Shown here: piece by piece, positions 50,601-64,000 of the stretch
Layout: each line of letters opens with the position of its first letter
Position numbering within the stretch: the stretch's first letter is position 1
From: Raillietiella orientalis
Taxonomy: Eukaryota
NCBI GenBank assembly: GCA_036172245.1
Contig: JAYWIR010000014.1
Coordinates: forward strand, 3,534,001-3,598,000
Direction of reading: 5' to 3'
DNA: 64,000 nucleotides
The notes under the pieces: generated by a model
Told to the model about the DNA's origin: nothing
The model's input: the letters and a program-made list of their open reading frames with translations, nothing else
Databases searched by the model: none
Program-made: the position numbers and the translations under genes

Positions 50601-53600
50601 GAAAATCTCATCCTGATGTCCAATTTGATGATTGCTTTCTACTAAGAGCAGCAAAAGTTCCCCATGAAGGCAGTATTTTGGTCGATAACCACAATTTACC
50701 AGATTAATGTGTTCCGGCAATCCTTAGGTCGATGTCATAAACATGCTCGTCGACTTACAATTTCTGGAGGGCACTTCAGCAATAGTGTAATGTATTCATT
50801 GCTCAGGGCGTATTCTGTCTCCCCAATTCACACTCATTTACCATGCATTAGGAAAATTTGTGATGAATTGCAACAACTTCTCGTTTCCCTGCACACTGAT
50901 GGAATCCACATAGTCTTTCTTCTATTCATTGTTCTTTATAGATAAATGATTCTCAGACGAAAAGTCGTCAATTACTGAAGAATTCTAAAAGGATGCTTGG
51001 TATAGAACTTTTAGGATATGATTTTACAATCGCAACGCGTTTGATGACTCATGCAGGAAAGAGCAAGAAATTACAGGTGGGCTCGAGGGTATTTTTCCTA
51101 AGAAAGAAAGCGTCAAAAATCGAGCAATTTCTTTTCCCAACATTTTTCGTGCCCAAAGCAGAAGCGAGAAATTTGCCTCAGGAGGGAATATGGGATTGCA
51201 GAGTTACCCTTATAGCTTCAAAGGGTGGGAATTTGCTGCGAAAGCGATCGAACTCATTAAAAAAACGTGGGAAGCAATAACGACGCACAGCAATGGTTAA
51301 TTTTGAGAAAATTCATGTACTGATGTCCTAGGATTTTCCGTGAACGCCCATGTGAAAGGATAAGAGCAAAAACGTATCTCGAACCATATTCAAAGATGAC
51401 ACAGCATGGATGCAGATGCAGTATTCCTGTCACCAGCATTTTTGATCTGATTCAAATCGAATACGCAATGAGAACATTGGAAGATCTAGATGCAATGACT
51501 ACTCAGAAAATACAAACGGTTTTTCCCTTTTCATAATATACAAACATAGAATTTTGAAGCAGAGAAATTTACCGAAAAGGATTTGTATAAAGTCAGTGCT
51601 TATTTTGGCAATTAGGCAACGAATGAAAGCGGAACTCAAAAAAAATTGAGCCATGGCAGTTCCAAGACAAGAGAATCAGTGGCCCAAAATATTCTCAGCC
51701 ATTCTCTGTTCCAGTGAGAAACTGAAATACAAAGTAAAAGCCTTTTCTCTTTCTCTCTCTCTTCCAAGAGAACCTGTGGATTTCGAGAAAAACGAAGACA
51801 GATGCTTATAAATAACGAACATTATAAGTCCATAATCCACTTGGAAATTGGAAGCTTTCCAGCATATTTCCATGGAGGCACATATGGAAAGACTCGAGAA
51901 TCAATGTGACTCCGTTGCATCCCACAATCTGCATCGAAACCCTATGATTCCAGGGCTGTATTTTGTTTTTTTCCTTCCTGTAGTTTTCGAATGAACACTG
52001 AAACACGGTTTCTATTGGACATTTTTTTGATATGCTAATAGAAATTAGCTGCTCGCTATTTTTGGTATTTGAGCTTTCAATGTGAAATATCGAGATGCCC
52101 CAAATCAGATACGGATGGCAAGTGTAACATACATTACTAAATTTACACTTTTCAACAGGTACATTGAACTTAATAATGTGGTTTTGAAGTTTTGGCTTAG
52201 TTCAACATGGCAGAGATGTAATGGATCCGTGCAATCAATCTGAAATTGAGGAATTTAAGGTGTAATCTAAGTAAGATTCATCTGTGGATTTCAAAAATAA
52301 CAACTAAAACATATGATACTAGGTTTACAAGTGATAAGTTATTGTTTACGTATCTAATGTAAACCAAAATGTGCTGTGAAGTTTTATTTTACAGATGAAT
52401 TCATTTTTATCACGACGGGTAGCGATCGCCTTCAATTCACTGGACTCATGTTTTGCATCGTTTTAACTTTATGTATCATATTTTTATTCGCTATCTCGAT
52501 TACTCCTTATCCTCAGGGACTGCACCACATCAAATTTTTGTTGTGTTTTTGGAGAGCGAATCTGTTTTCCGGTTAGAGAACTCGAACCATTGCATACTAG
52601 AGAGGACACTACAAGACACTGAACAACCGTGCGAGAGTGTGAGACAGTGAGCAAGATTTTCACAATCACATATGTTGACTTCCGTGTTGCAACAAATGTG
52701 ACTGTGCTTCAACTCTTCCGCTGCAAAATCGTTAAAAAATTTGCTTTAGACGTAATCCAGCTATCTGTGTTGAGGTAGTACCGAAATCTCTGTTATTCCA
52801 TCGCAGTGAATACTGAACCTTCACCATGACCACGGCGTACACATTTAAAGCCAGTCCAAACACAAAGTAATTAGAGAAATCGGCTTGGTCTTTCACAGCA
52901 TTTGTTTTGGACAGAATTTCAGTGCACTGCGGCTTGACCTGGAGCGCGAACGCGCAGGGTTGCCTCCTTGTACATCTATGAAGAGGGCAACTTTTAAACT
53001 TGCTCACATAAAGAGTATCAAATTAGTTAATCTGTCTGGAGAAAATTTATCAGTGGAAGCACTCGAACGCAGTGCAACTAAATTATAATTGCTTTCAAAA
53101 GGGTTTTTGTCTGTTGCCCGCTCACTCAAACCGTTGAACTCTTTGTGAATGAATTTTCAAACTGTTTGCAGCACAGTTTGTTTCGAATCGAAGGAGACGG
53201 CATTGAAGCCGTGCCTTCCGATAGCGCGAAGATTTGTTTCAATAAACCTTAGCTGGGCAACATTCTGGATACAAGAATGGTAGGTGAAAGAACCGTAGGG
53301 AACCATCTTCTGGTTAAACCAACACTTGGTGAATGAAATGCAAAACTTTAGAATTAGAATTCACCAGTCTCTTTTCGCTTTTTGCTGTTGTTTCTGTAAA
53401 GGTTTATTACAATTTACAGTAAAGCTCGCCGTTAATAAACAAATGACTTTTTCTTTCAAAGCTCCACACTTTTTATGTTCAGTGCTATGGCGAAATCAGA
53501 GTTAACATTTGAAAATCTGAAAATTCCGAGTACATCAGTAATTTGAAAGCAACAGCTGAAGAGTTCAAATTGGGCAACTGCTCTCACAGCTGTCAATGAT

Positions 53601-54134
53601 TCAATGAAGTGATCTTTAGGAACATTATATGTATAAGATTGACTGATGATTCCACCATTGGAAGGCGATCCCGGATCATTCCGACTATACCGTGAAATGG
53701 TTCTGTCCAAATTGCTGCTGCTTTCGCATTTTCCTTCCGTTCTCTTGTTCTTGGAGAATTTACCTCAATTCGTCCCAGGCCGCTGAGAGGGGAAAGATGT
53801 TATTTCTGTTTTTGTATTTACAAACTGTTTACAGAACACGTGGGGCACCCGTTAGGGTTTGCTGTTGCCCATCCAACGATGTACTATGTCGGTACCATTG
53901 GTGCTGGGTCTGGGATTCACGATTTCCCGTGTGCCCATTCTGTTGAGTATTGCTAAGCTCCTTATGGGACTGTGTTGTTTTCTGATATTGAGCTCCATGT
54001 TCCACCTCGAAAGCAGTTCATAGAAATTGTTTTGAAAATTCATATTTTCACACTATTATGCAATATCCATAGCACTGAAATCTTCGGAAGTAGTTAAATG
54101 ATTTCCGGTGTTCACACCGTTTGTAATTTCGTTG

Positions 54135-54265
54135 CGTCAAAAAACAAACAAAAACACACAAAAGAAAGAAAAGGAGAGGAGAAGAAAAAGAGAAAAGAAA
54201 AACAGAAAAGAAAAAGAGAAAAGAAGAAAGAAAGAAAAGCAAATAAAAAAAAGAAAAGAAAGAAT
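54135..54265. repeat. A/G-rich low-complexity (AAAAG-like) tract
   Basis: Long purine run of degenerate AAAAG/AAAG units; it explains the K/R/E-rich and F/L-rich ORFs here. Confidence 0.85.
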
Positions 54266-57200
54266 GGAGACGAACGTGGCAAACATGATCACAAGAGCAT
54301 TGCTTCACGTGCTAAAAATAAAAACATGAGAACCGGCGCGAAAGCTTGAGGGACAAAGGATGCAAACTGGAAGAAATGGAAAGGTATTTATAGGAATTTT
54401 CCTGAAGGAGATCAGCTTTCAGTTTTCATACTTTTGTATCGGTCCACTGACTGTAACATTTGTTGATGTTTAAATGCAAATTATTTCTGTTTTCTTCTTT
54501 CTTTTCATGATTCTCTTTCATTCAAAGAAAGAACTTCAAAATTAGAATTTAAACAAAAGATTACAAACGCAACTCATCAGCAATTCGAATTGCAACGTGG
54601 CAACCAGTCGAACAAAGTGACTCTCAAATGACTACGAATAAAATTGCAGAAAGAAACAAAGAAATGTGAACCTTCAGATGAACTGCAATTTGCAATCACA
54701 AAGAGACCTGTGTCTCGATAAACCCTGGCCACAAGTAGCATGGCTACTCAATGTTACCATCATACTCAATGTGACTTGCGTATGATGGTTGCTGAGGTCT
54801 TCCTAATGTGTCCCGATTAAAGTTGGTTGCTGTCTCATAAGTTTTTGATAATAAAAAGCAAACCAGACGCCTATTCAGCTTATTGCTCAAGAGCTAGGAT
54901 AGCTGTAAGAAAGGAATTTGAATCTTGCAACTACTTTTTCATTTCTTACCGCGACCAAGAAATAGTTTCGTTTCTTCTCCATTCTAGAATGACACAGTGG
55001 TCCGACTTTCTGCAGCAGACTTTGAAAAATTTCTGCACCAGCAAAAACAGAACAATACCAATGGTAGACGGTTGTTTGCTTATAGTCTTGTTCTCACGAC
55101 TCAGTGACTCGGAAATCATGGAAATACGAGCCTAGGTGAGGACAGTTTATTCATTTCATTTGAGAGGGGAACGTATTTCTCAATGAATCCGAAGAGATCT
55201 AATTTTGCAGGTGCGACCTAAGCCAAACAATTTGTATTCTACTTGCACTCGATGATATTTAGAGCGACAAAAATGTTCCAACAACTCAGCTCATTTAAGT
55301 TCTACAGCTTCATCCTAAAAACCCATAGGATCACCATGAAAAGCAATCAGAAATCGCTTGCTAAAAAGGAAGAATTGAGCCAAAAAAAAAATCCGAAATT
55401 TAGTCAAAGAAAGAGTTCTTCCAACCCTTTGAACGAACATTCTTACATAGATAGATATTAAGATAAGTATGAAGCTCAGTATCCTTGGTCATATTACCAT
55501 AAGCGATTGTATCATGCAATCATAAAGCATGTGCATTCCTGATCGGTTTTTCCCGAATAAAAGTAGTCTGTGCTCGAGCTGGCATAATGGCCAGACAGTA
55601 CGAGCATGAGGCTACTCCGCAATCATTGTCATTTGCTTACACTTGTAAATCACTGGAGCTGTAAATATTGAACAAATAATTAGCATGGAAAAAAACAAAC
55701 ACACACACTTTTACGAGGTTGATAGAAGAGATGATCGCATGACTGATAGAGAACGAGAGCAAGAAATGCAGTGTTTTGGGAGTGAAGAGGTCACGGTACC
55801 TGGGAATTTGAAAGCCTCTCATTTAGGAAACCAAAGAAGTACTCATAAAATTACAGTCTCATTTATTTGTAACAGACGCTGCTGCCTTTTCTCATCTCCA
55901 AACCCGAAAACAAGTAGAGCTCAGTACAAAAATTCATGTAGCTACCAATGTGGTTGCCAGCTTACAACATTACCTGAAGAATGCCCTGGGTTGTGAACTG
56001 TGCAATTTGTTTACGGTGAAAATCTTGTTATTTACATTCGTTCAATCAGTATCATTGCTAATTTAATAGTGGTACATGCAGTTGTTAGAAATTTATCTAT
56101 TGAACGCGACCATTATAAAAAAATAATCAGAAACTATCATTAGAGTTAGTGCAATAAGATTTAATAGCAGTAAACAATAAATAAGCATCATCCAAAATTT
56201 TATTCAGAAGGAAAACATTTATTTATTCATAATGAGAGCTGAAATCATGCCACAAGGGATAAGAATGCAAAGGAATTAGTAAGAGTTGTTTTCGATTACT
56301 GATAAGCTCATGCATTAGGAGAGAATAGGATAAGAAAAGCAGAAATTGAAACTGAAATAATTAGGAAATTCATTGTTTGTTGAAATCTCGAAACATTTAT
56401 ATATGTATATCAAATATATGTGTAATGTTAGCACGTGTTTGAAAGAGATCTCGAGAGATTCAGAATCAGGATGTACTCAAAAATAATCAGACTCTTCTAG
56501 TGTATTTCAACCCAAAATCATAGTGTCAGTTCATTAGCATCAGTATTTTCAGAGCAAAAGAAAATAACCAACAGGCGGGAGAGGATTACGGGATGTGAAA
56601 ACGATTGTATTTTCAATGAAAATTATCGAACTAATAATGTTATATATGATATGTGAATCTTTATGCTTTCCATTTATCATGAAAGGTATTCATGTTTCAA
56701 CTAGACATCGAAATTAGCTAACACAAATTACTTAACACTTGTTTAGCTCAATAAACAAGACGATAGTCCAAAATATGAACTGAATTTATATAACAGCTTC
56801 TGACTTGGCAAATTCATCAGTACAGCTGCGGTGCGGTTCATAGAATCAACACAATTCCTAACCATTACTTCTGCCTTCTTTCCTCTTTGCTCGACAAAGC
56901 AAAATTATGAAACAAGTCTGTAATAGAATGACTAAAGTCTTCAAACCAGGAAAGTTAAGCAGCATGAGATTCAAAATCGGAGTATTCTCGGCATTCCCTA
57001 CTACAACTTTTTTTGGTGTCTTTCAAACGGATCATTTGTTTCGTTCAAAAAAAAGTAAACGAGCCCCAACACATCATGGATGCCAGCGACCCTTGGTTCC
57101 AAATGACTCCATAAAATGCCGATATGACATCTCCAGCTCGTCAGAAATGACTTTAGAATATACATATATTTTTTGAGCATCCAGCTAAATTCCTTGCCTC

Positions 57201-58318
57201 ATTTTAGGAATATATTTTTGTAATGTAGCAGTATTCTCAATTTTCCAGGAAAAGTAAAAAAATATTCACTGAGTTCTTCAAAAGTACTCTTAGACCATTG
57301 AAACTAAATATTGAATTGGAATTTAAAAACTGAATATTCGAACTATCTTTTTCTGAGGCAGAGATAAAAAAAGGCATCGGAAAACTAACCATCTACAGAC
57401 ATCGAATAAAGAGTCTAATCATTCTTTGCTCTCGTAGAAACTCGGTGACTCTAAAATTTGAAATCGCTGGGCTTATACAAAATCAGAGTGTGCTTTAAAC
57501 TTCGAGCCACATTTCGGTTGCAATATTCACAGAGCATTTTGTAACTGCTTTTATTAGTTTTGATACAACTGAATATAGTTACAATGTGAATGAAATGCCT
57601 CCTATGTAATTCTACATTCACTCATTTGAAAACTATTATTCCGTTCGTGTTTTCTAACTATTAATAATTTAGGCATATTTTGTTATGTTTTTTTGTACTG
57701 CTTGTATGCATTATTGATGAATATTTCTTATTATTAATGAGTATTATTATAAGAATGAATATTGAATTTTAATTTCTGACATATATATTCAATGCTGGTG
57801 CATGGCAAATGAAAATTAATAAAAATGTTTGTTCCTTCAGACGAATGTCGTTTTACGTTGCTTTTACCGTAGTAATAATCGCAATTGAACATTATGTTTA
57901 TGATCATTCAGTACAGTCCAGCAGACCCTGGCAACTAAATTCAAATTCGGAATGCCATTTGAACTTGAAGTACGGAGGCTATGCAGGTCTCGTTTTTTTC
58001 AGTGGAGATATTATATTCTGTTTTCTTATCTAAGGTTTTTCTTGGTTTTAAGTCAACGTAAATGAGGTACAAAAAAAAAAAAAATTCATTTGGGGAACTA
58101 AGTTTTGTTTTTTTCAGCGAAATCGTAAAGTAACGGTTAACATTTAATTTCGTGTTTGTTATTATTGGTCAATATCCTTGGAACTTTTTAATTTTAAACT
58201 GTGTTGCGTTTTTTTTTCAGCCTTGGAGGTTAGTTTGACGTAATTTTTAATTCTGGAGTGATTTAAGACATTTATTACACGCGATCAAGTGTGCATTAGT
58301 CTATCTATATCACTTGTG

Positions 58319-61300
58319 ATGGAAGATTCATTTGTGGTGTATCGCAAGTCAAGAAAACCTTGCCAGATACTTTCATCTGATTCTGAAGAAGACATAATCG
58401 ATTCTTCCGGAAGTATTTCCAATTCGATTTATGTACAGGAGACTAGTCAAGATACTTCAAGTGAGATTATAGAATTATTTCATGAGAGTCCCCTTGAAGG
58501 TTGGATAATTACTTGTACTTTTTTCCTAAATGTTCTGTATCTCTCATAGTAAATGCAGATAACTCCACATGTTCTAAAACAGCTGCGGAAAATTCAGTTT
58601 TGGACCATAATTCAGAAATTCGGAATGTTGTAAAAAGTCTGGAACAGTCAAGTTTAGATGATGATGCCACCAAAGAAGCCAAGGAAGACATTATTGACTC
58701 TTCTTTTAATGGTGACATCACCATCACTCAGTTTGTTGCTGGCAAACAAGACAAGCATGCAAAGATTCATGACCACACCACTGTGGATCTTCAACCTTCA
58801 ACTGCAAGCACCAGCATACCACCAGGGCCGAAGTTCAAGAATGGTTCTTTACAAAATGATGGGCAACAAGTGACTGCTGAACTTCAAGAAAGTATGAAGT
58901 TGACGTTGGATAATGCTGCAAATAGAGCACCTGATGACTACAGCAAGGAGTCACAAGTAAAGCATTCTCAAGTAATGCCACAGAATGTATCTGTTTTATG
59001 TAATTATTAGGGTAAAATAAATCCATCCAAGACAGTAGTGCATAGAAATACCAGCACAGTACAGCAAAATAAATATAATGAAAGGACATTACCAACCATA
59101 GAATCTCAAATGTGTTGTGCTGCAGATGCTAAAGGTGTGTTGAACCAGAATTGGCAGCATCATTTACTGCTGATGGTTTTGTTTTTCTTCTGTAGTAGGA
59201 TCTTATACAGCAATTGTACATAAAGAAGAGTCAGTCAGCACATATCACAAGCAAGATTTGCTGGAACTCTATGCCACTCTTGATAGATTGAAAGTAGGTG
59301 GGAATGTATAGTATAGTTGTTGTAAATGGTTGCAGAAAGCAGATCAAGAACATACTGTAAGCAATTTATGTGATGGTGGCGTGAAGCTAAAGAAACACAT
59401 TCACCATGTGAAACAATGTATTAAGCAGCAAGAATCATTAGACCATTATAATAGTGGATCCTCTGTGAGATTAGATGCATCTTTGTATTGTGATCAGCAA
59501 GTAAACAAGCAACCACCCAGTAGGATGCCATCAGAATCAAAAAAGGTATCCAGTAGCTATTCTCTACTTTTTTCAAGATTGCATCATGTAGATCAATGGA
59601 AACTATCAGGTCCCACTGCATAATAAAGTCTCTTCTATAAATGAAAGAAGGCCAAAAGCCAAAAGTCATGAATCAGATGAATCACAAATCTATCACTTGA
59701 AAAGCTCTGGGCAAAGAGATCCAGAAGTGGCCTTTATTACTAGAAAGGCTTTGAAAGCTATATTTTCATCTCTTAGAACTGCCCCCGAAAATAGGGAAGA
59801 AGCAAAGCAACCAGAATTACTCTGCACTCCTCTTATGACTCATCAGCGTCAGGGCTTAGCTTGGATGCTATGGAGAGAACAGCAGCACCCTTCAGGAGGT
59901 ATTTTAGGTAAGGGACCTTGTTTTGTAGTTGACTTTTTTTTAAAGCCATGTAAGCTGATGACATGGGATTAGGTAAAACTCTTTCCATCATCTCTTTATT
60001 AGTACAACAGAGTACATGCCAGTCACAGGCTAGTCATTCTCGTAAGTTAATAAGTTAAGAAACTATAGGAGATTTATGGTAGACAAGTTCTATGGAAAAA
60101 CATTAATTGTTTGTCCTGCCTCTCTGCTCAGCCATTGGGAATCTGAGGTTGAGAAACATGTTGAAGGAGGTCACATGAGTGTGCTTATATATCATGGTGC
60201 CAAAAAAGAAAAACGACCTCGGAAGTAAGAGAAGAATTTAGGAATCAGAAGCTATTGTGCATTTCAGACTGGCAGCTTTTAGTCTAGTTGTGACAACTTA
60301 CCAGACATTAGCACGAGAAGCTCAGTCATTCTTAAAGGATGATAAATTTCCAGAAGATGCTCAGTTAAAGAGAGAACATGTGGGTTTGTTTGCACTTGAG
60401 TGGGATCGTATCATTCTGGATGAGGCTCATAATATTCGAAATCCCAATACACAAATATCTCGTGCTTCTTGTCTTGTGGCTGCCAAAAGCCGTTGGGCCC
60501 TAACTGGAACACCTCTGCATAACCGTGAATTAGACATATATTCACTCTTACGGTTTCTGAGGTGTACTCCTCTTGATGAGCTTCGAATTTGGAAACGATT
60601 TATTGACAGCAATTCAGCAACAGGTGCAAAGAGACTTAATATCCTTCTGAACCTTATAATGCTTCGTCGTACTAAATATCAGTTGGATCCCATCACAGGC
60701 AAGCCCATCATCATTTTGCCCTCTCGTACAGAGTACTCTCATCAGATTACATTGTGTGAGCAAGAACAGCACTTATATGACGAAGTTTTTGCATTTTCAC
60801 GGTAAAAAGTGTTGATTAAGGATTGGCATTAATTTGGACCTTAGGAACCAAGTTCTCAAATATGTGAACCATCAGACACATAGTAGTTATCGAAGATTGT
60901 TTGGTGGTAAATCCACTTACCATGACAATAATGGCAGGGTATCTTCAACAATGGTCTTTGTGCTTTTGTTGCGCTTACGTCAATTGTGTTGTCATCCAGC
61001 ACTTATACATAGCATGTTGGATAAAGATGAACCGAATACTGAGGAAGAAGGTTCTGGAACATCTTGTGATGAAGAGGAATTGGAACTCAGTCATTGTTTA
61101 GAAAATCTAGATCTGGGAAAGCAAAATATGCAGACTCCTCTTTCAAACAACCTTTTACACATTAGCAATCCTATTTTTCAGCCTGGGCATGTCAGCTCAA
61201 AGGTAGGATTTTTGATAATGGAAGAAACTTGCTTATAGGGTGTAGTTAAAAATGATCCTAGGATTTGTTAAACATGTTTATTTTAATACAAGAGATGAGA

Positions 61301-61803
61301 AGTGCTTGGTTGTTTCTCAGTGGACGTCCATGTTAGCCATTGTTGAGTTTCATCTGCAAAAAGAAGGCATCCAAGTTTGTTTCATCACTGGAAATGTCAC
61401 TATTTCCAAACGTGGTGCTATTGTTGATAACTTCAATAAATCTGGAGCAAGTCCTCGGGTGATGCTTGTATCACTTACTGCAGGTGGAGTAGGCCTCAAT
61501 CTCATTGGAGCCAACCATATCTTTCTTGTGGATTGCCACTGGAATCCACAAATGGAAGCACAAGCTGCAGATCGGATTCATCGTGTAGGTCAATTGAGGC
61601 CAGTATCCATTCATAAGTAAGATGAAGATTTATATTTCCATTAAGTGCTGTGTTGTAGGTTTGTCTGTACTGAAACAGTTGAACAAAGAATTATAGAATT
61701 GCAGCAAAAGAAACTTCAAATTGCAGGAAATTTACTGGAAGGAAAAAAGAACAAGAATCACCTCAGCTTGCAAGATCTGCAGCACTTATTTGAGATAGAT
61801 TGA
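58319..61803 (+). CDS. TTF2: SNF2-family helicase, transcription termination factor 2 / lodestar-like, multi-exon
   Basis: ATG 58319 and a low-complexity N-terminus, then LMTHQRQGLAWMLWREQQHPSGGIL|ADDMGLGKT, TLIVCPASLLSHW, VVTTY, WDRIILDEAHNIRN, RWALTGTPLHN, LLRLRQLCCHPAL, KCLVVSQWTSML, SLTAGGVGLNLIGANH, HWNPQMEAQAADRIHRVGQ, LSLQDLQHLF. No RING finger between the lobes. Stop at 61801-61803. Confidence 0.92.
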
Positions 61804-63179
61804 CTTTTTTTTTTAAAAAAACAAAAGACAAAAGTCATCTTGTGCACATAGTTCTGGCAATGATGGCTTGATTGTGTACTTAGAATAGGGACTTTCAAAT
61901 AAAAACATTTTACAAACTATGAGTTATTTAAGCTCCAACACTTTGTGTGCCTGATGAGTGCTTGATGTTTGTGCAGTCAGTGGATTAATCAAATATCAAA
62001 TTGATGAAAGATTCCTCAGTCTTCAGTTTTTTAAAAAAGTTTCAGATGTTGCTTGTTTTAAATTCAAGGCCCTTACAAGTACACAAATTACTAAGGGAAT
62101 GCGTGTTTTATTTTTTATTGAATTAGTAGTCATAAAATCATGGCAAAGAGAAGTAGTGCCTTAATCAAATTACTCCTGTATTTCGGACGATTTTTTAAAA
62201 GTAAGCCACATTTTCAAAAGACTTCTGAGCTATTTGTGGTAGATGAATCAGTAGGGTTAAAAATAAAATATTGAAATTTTGATCATGTATTCCTCGTTTG
62301 GTGTTTAAAATGAAATTCTTTGTAACAGTTCTTTCTGAAAATACGCCAATCTTTAGATGTTAACTAGCATTTGCAGAGAAACAAGAAGCAGTTATTAATA
62401 TGTCTTGTTTATGAAGGACATTTCAGTGTTGGAAATTAAGCAAAGTAATGGGAGTTTTGACTCTTGCTGGTGTCATGCGTTATCATTTATTCTTGGTGTT
62501 CCGATCACTTTGATGCAATGACGTCAGATGTTGATTGTTTAAAAAAAGGTATGTGATAGAAGTGGCATTTCTCTTCGATCCAATTAATATGTGGTGTTTG
62601 CTATTACCATGGAAGAAGAATACCACTTAAACGTGGAGCAACAAGAAGACGAACCGGTGAAATACTAAGTTCCTTTCATGGATAGATCCATCAGTCGGGG
62701 AGAAAGCTTTCTTTACTCGCTGCCTCTGAGACCTAGTACATTGCAAACCCAAAACAGGAAGTGCGTTACACTGCCTAATACCGTTGGTACGGATGGTCAA
62801 ATCCTGACGATGTAATAGTGCCCATATCGGAGCTCGGTAGCTCATTAAAATGTAAGGTATTGTAAGTCTGACTGGGAGAGGTTCTATTTCTTCTGTCTTC
62901 ATTGTTTTCCTTCCAGCTTTTTTTTTTTTAAGAATTTTCTTTTTTTTGGTTCGCTAAGTACCTCAGAGCCGGTCGCGTGCCTCGCGGAGCACGTGGCTCT
63001 TTTTAAACATTAACAGTTTTGTTTCCACGCCTCTCCGCCCGCGGCAACCCGTAGGGGGGGCGTGTAATTCTTCAGGATAGGGGGCATCCCGGGATGGGGT
63101 TCCCCCTATGAATCCATGAAGGGCTCGGAGTCCGTTCCTCTCACGCTTGGGGAGGGATCGCACCTCCCACCCTCGTTGT

Positions 63180-63455
63180 CTCCGAAGGGGAACCCTGAAG
63201 GGAATCTCCTTCCTCATTCTCTCCGGAGGGACACCCCCCTAACGGGGGGTGGTCCTCTCCATTTCAACTTCTCCGAAGGGAACCCGGAAAGGATCCGCTC
63301 CTGTTCACTCCTCTGAAGAGAACCCCGAAGGGACGCTTCCGAAACTCAGAAGAGGCGCTGCAGCTTCCCGCAAGGAATCGCTCTCGCTTGGTTCCTTGTG
63401 CACTCTGTGAAGAGGCGATGACTCGGAGGGCCCCCGCAACAGGGGGGGTCCGCTC
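63180..63455 (+). repeat. Degenerate GC-rich ~40-50 bp tandem repeat
   Basis: Units beginning CTC(C/T)G(A/G)AG at 63180, 63221, 63271 and 63311, with a related unit at 63422. Each has an internal CCC-N-GGG-type mini-stem. Confidence 0.7.
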
Positions 63456-63925
63456 CTTTGAACAACTGGAGAGGTGCCCGTGAGGTCTCCTGCTCCATCT
63501 TGAAACTGGAGGCGGTCCCCCGGTGACGGGGGTCCTCTCTCCGTTGCACGACCGGAGGGATAACTCCCCACTCCTTTATTCCTGGGAGGACCCGAAGGTC
63601 GAATCCCATTGTTCCGGCCTTCATCAGGAGGCCTCCGGCTTTATCCACCGCCGGGGCCACGCCCGAATGTCTCGGCCAACCAGCGCCGTTGCAGGAGAAA
63701 CTCGGAACTCAAACGACGCAGTGGCATCAGTTATCTGCCGAAGTATTCGAACCCGCGACGCATGGTGCCACACGCGGAAGCCTTAACCACAAAGCCTCCG
63801 ACGCGGGCAGGGTTCTATTTGGAAGGCTTAGAAAAACGATGTCTAGCCATCCTCCTGGGAAGCTCAGAAATTAAGTTCTGCAATCAGTTTAGACTGCCAA
63901 AGAGAGGGGGGCAGGATTGGAAAGA
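63422..63925 (+). mobile_element. Degenerate L1/Tx1-like reverse transcriptase remnant
   Basis: Ordered frameshifted motifs: QQGGPL (cf. RQGCPLS), HQEASGF (cf. F...SGL.IN), LQEKL....WHQLS, PP...LEGLEKRC..IL.G, LPKRGG (cf. LPK..GGLG). Confidence 0.45.
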
Positions 63926-64000
63926 GCGGGAAAGAATGAGTTGAGAGCATACTTGGGGTGGGATGACTTCGCAAGGTCACAGCAAGTTGAAGTCTTGGAG

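Noticed and set aside
50860..50912. Minus-strand WIPS / SVQGNEK resembling an RNase H C-terminal motif
   Set aside because: Single short frameshifted motif without supporting context.
54048..54349. K/R/E-rich and F/L-rich ORFs
   Set aside because: Translations of the AAAAG low-complexity tract.
63311..63357. Hammerhead-like CTGAAGA...CGAAA
   Set aside because: Stem II is out of register and the required UH after stem III is absent (GC instead).
1..64000. CRISPR arrays, tRNA/rRNA genes, SL1 leader, prokaryotic operons, and most short ORFs in the track
   Set aside because: No repeat-spacer array or RNA-gene signature seen. The DNA is intron-containing eukaryotic sequence, and most short ORFs are antisense or off-frame shadows of exons or TE debris.

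Overview
AT-rich eukaryotic (invertebrate, possibly nematode-like; not identifiable from sequence alone) genomic DNA with many 41-60 nt introns. I reconstructed five host genes by hand from splice sites: an RGS protein (5411-5962 +), an activator-type E2F (12849-14343 -), NMD3 (23567-29937 +), 6-phosphofructokinase (30018-39001 -) and a TTF2/lodestar SNF2 helicase (58319-61803 +). Intergenic DNA holds a ~1 kb non-autonomous piggyBac, three + strand NeSL/Utopia-type RLE retrotransposon remnants plus an extra 3' tail copy, L1/Tx1-like remnants, and a U2 snRNA 5' fragment ending at the branch-point-pairing box. Most notable: (1) an intact, intronless senataxin/Sen1-type helicase domain embedded in degenerate LINE-like sequence; (2) two candidate in-frame microexons in the PFK inter-half linker, plus a GC-AG intron; (3) the U2 fragment co-occurring with clades known to include U2-targeting elements; (4) nearly overlapping NMD3/PFK 3' ends; (5) recurrent near-perfect hairpins. 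All family assignments are by-eye motif recognition; no database search was run.
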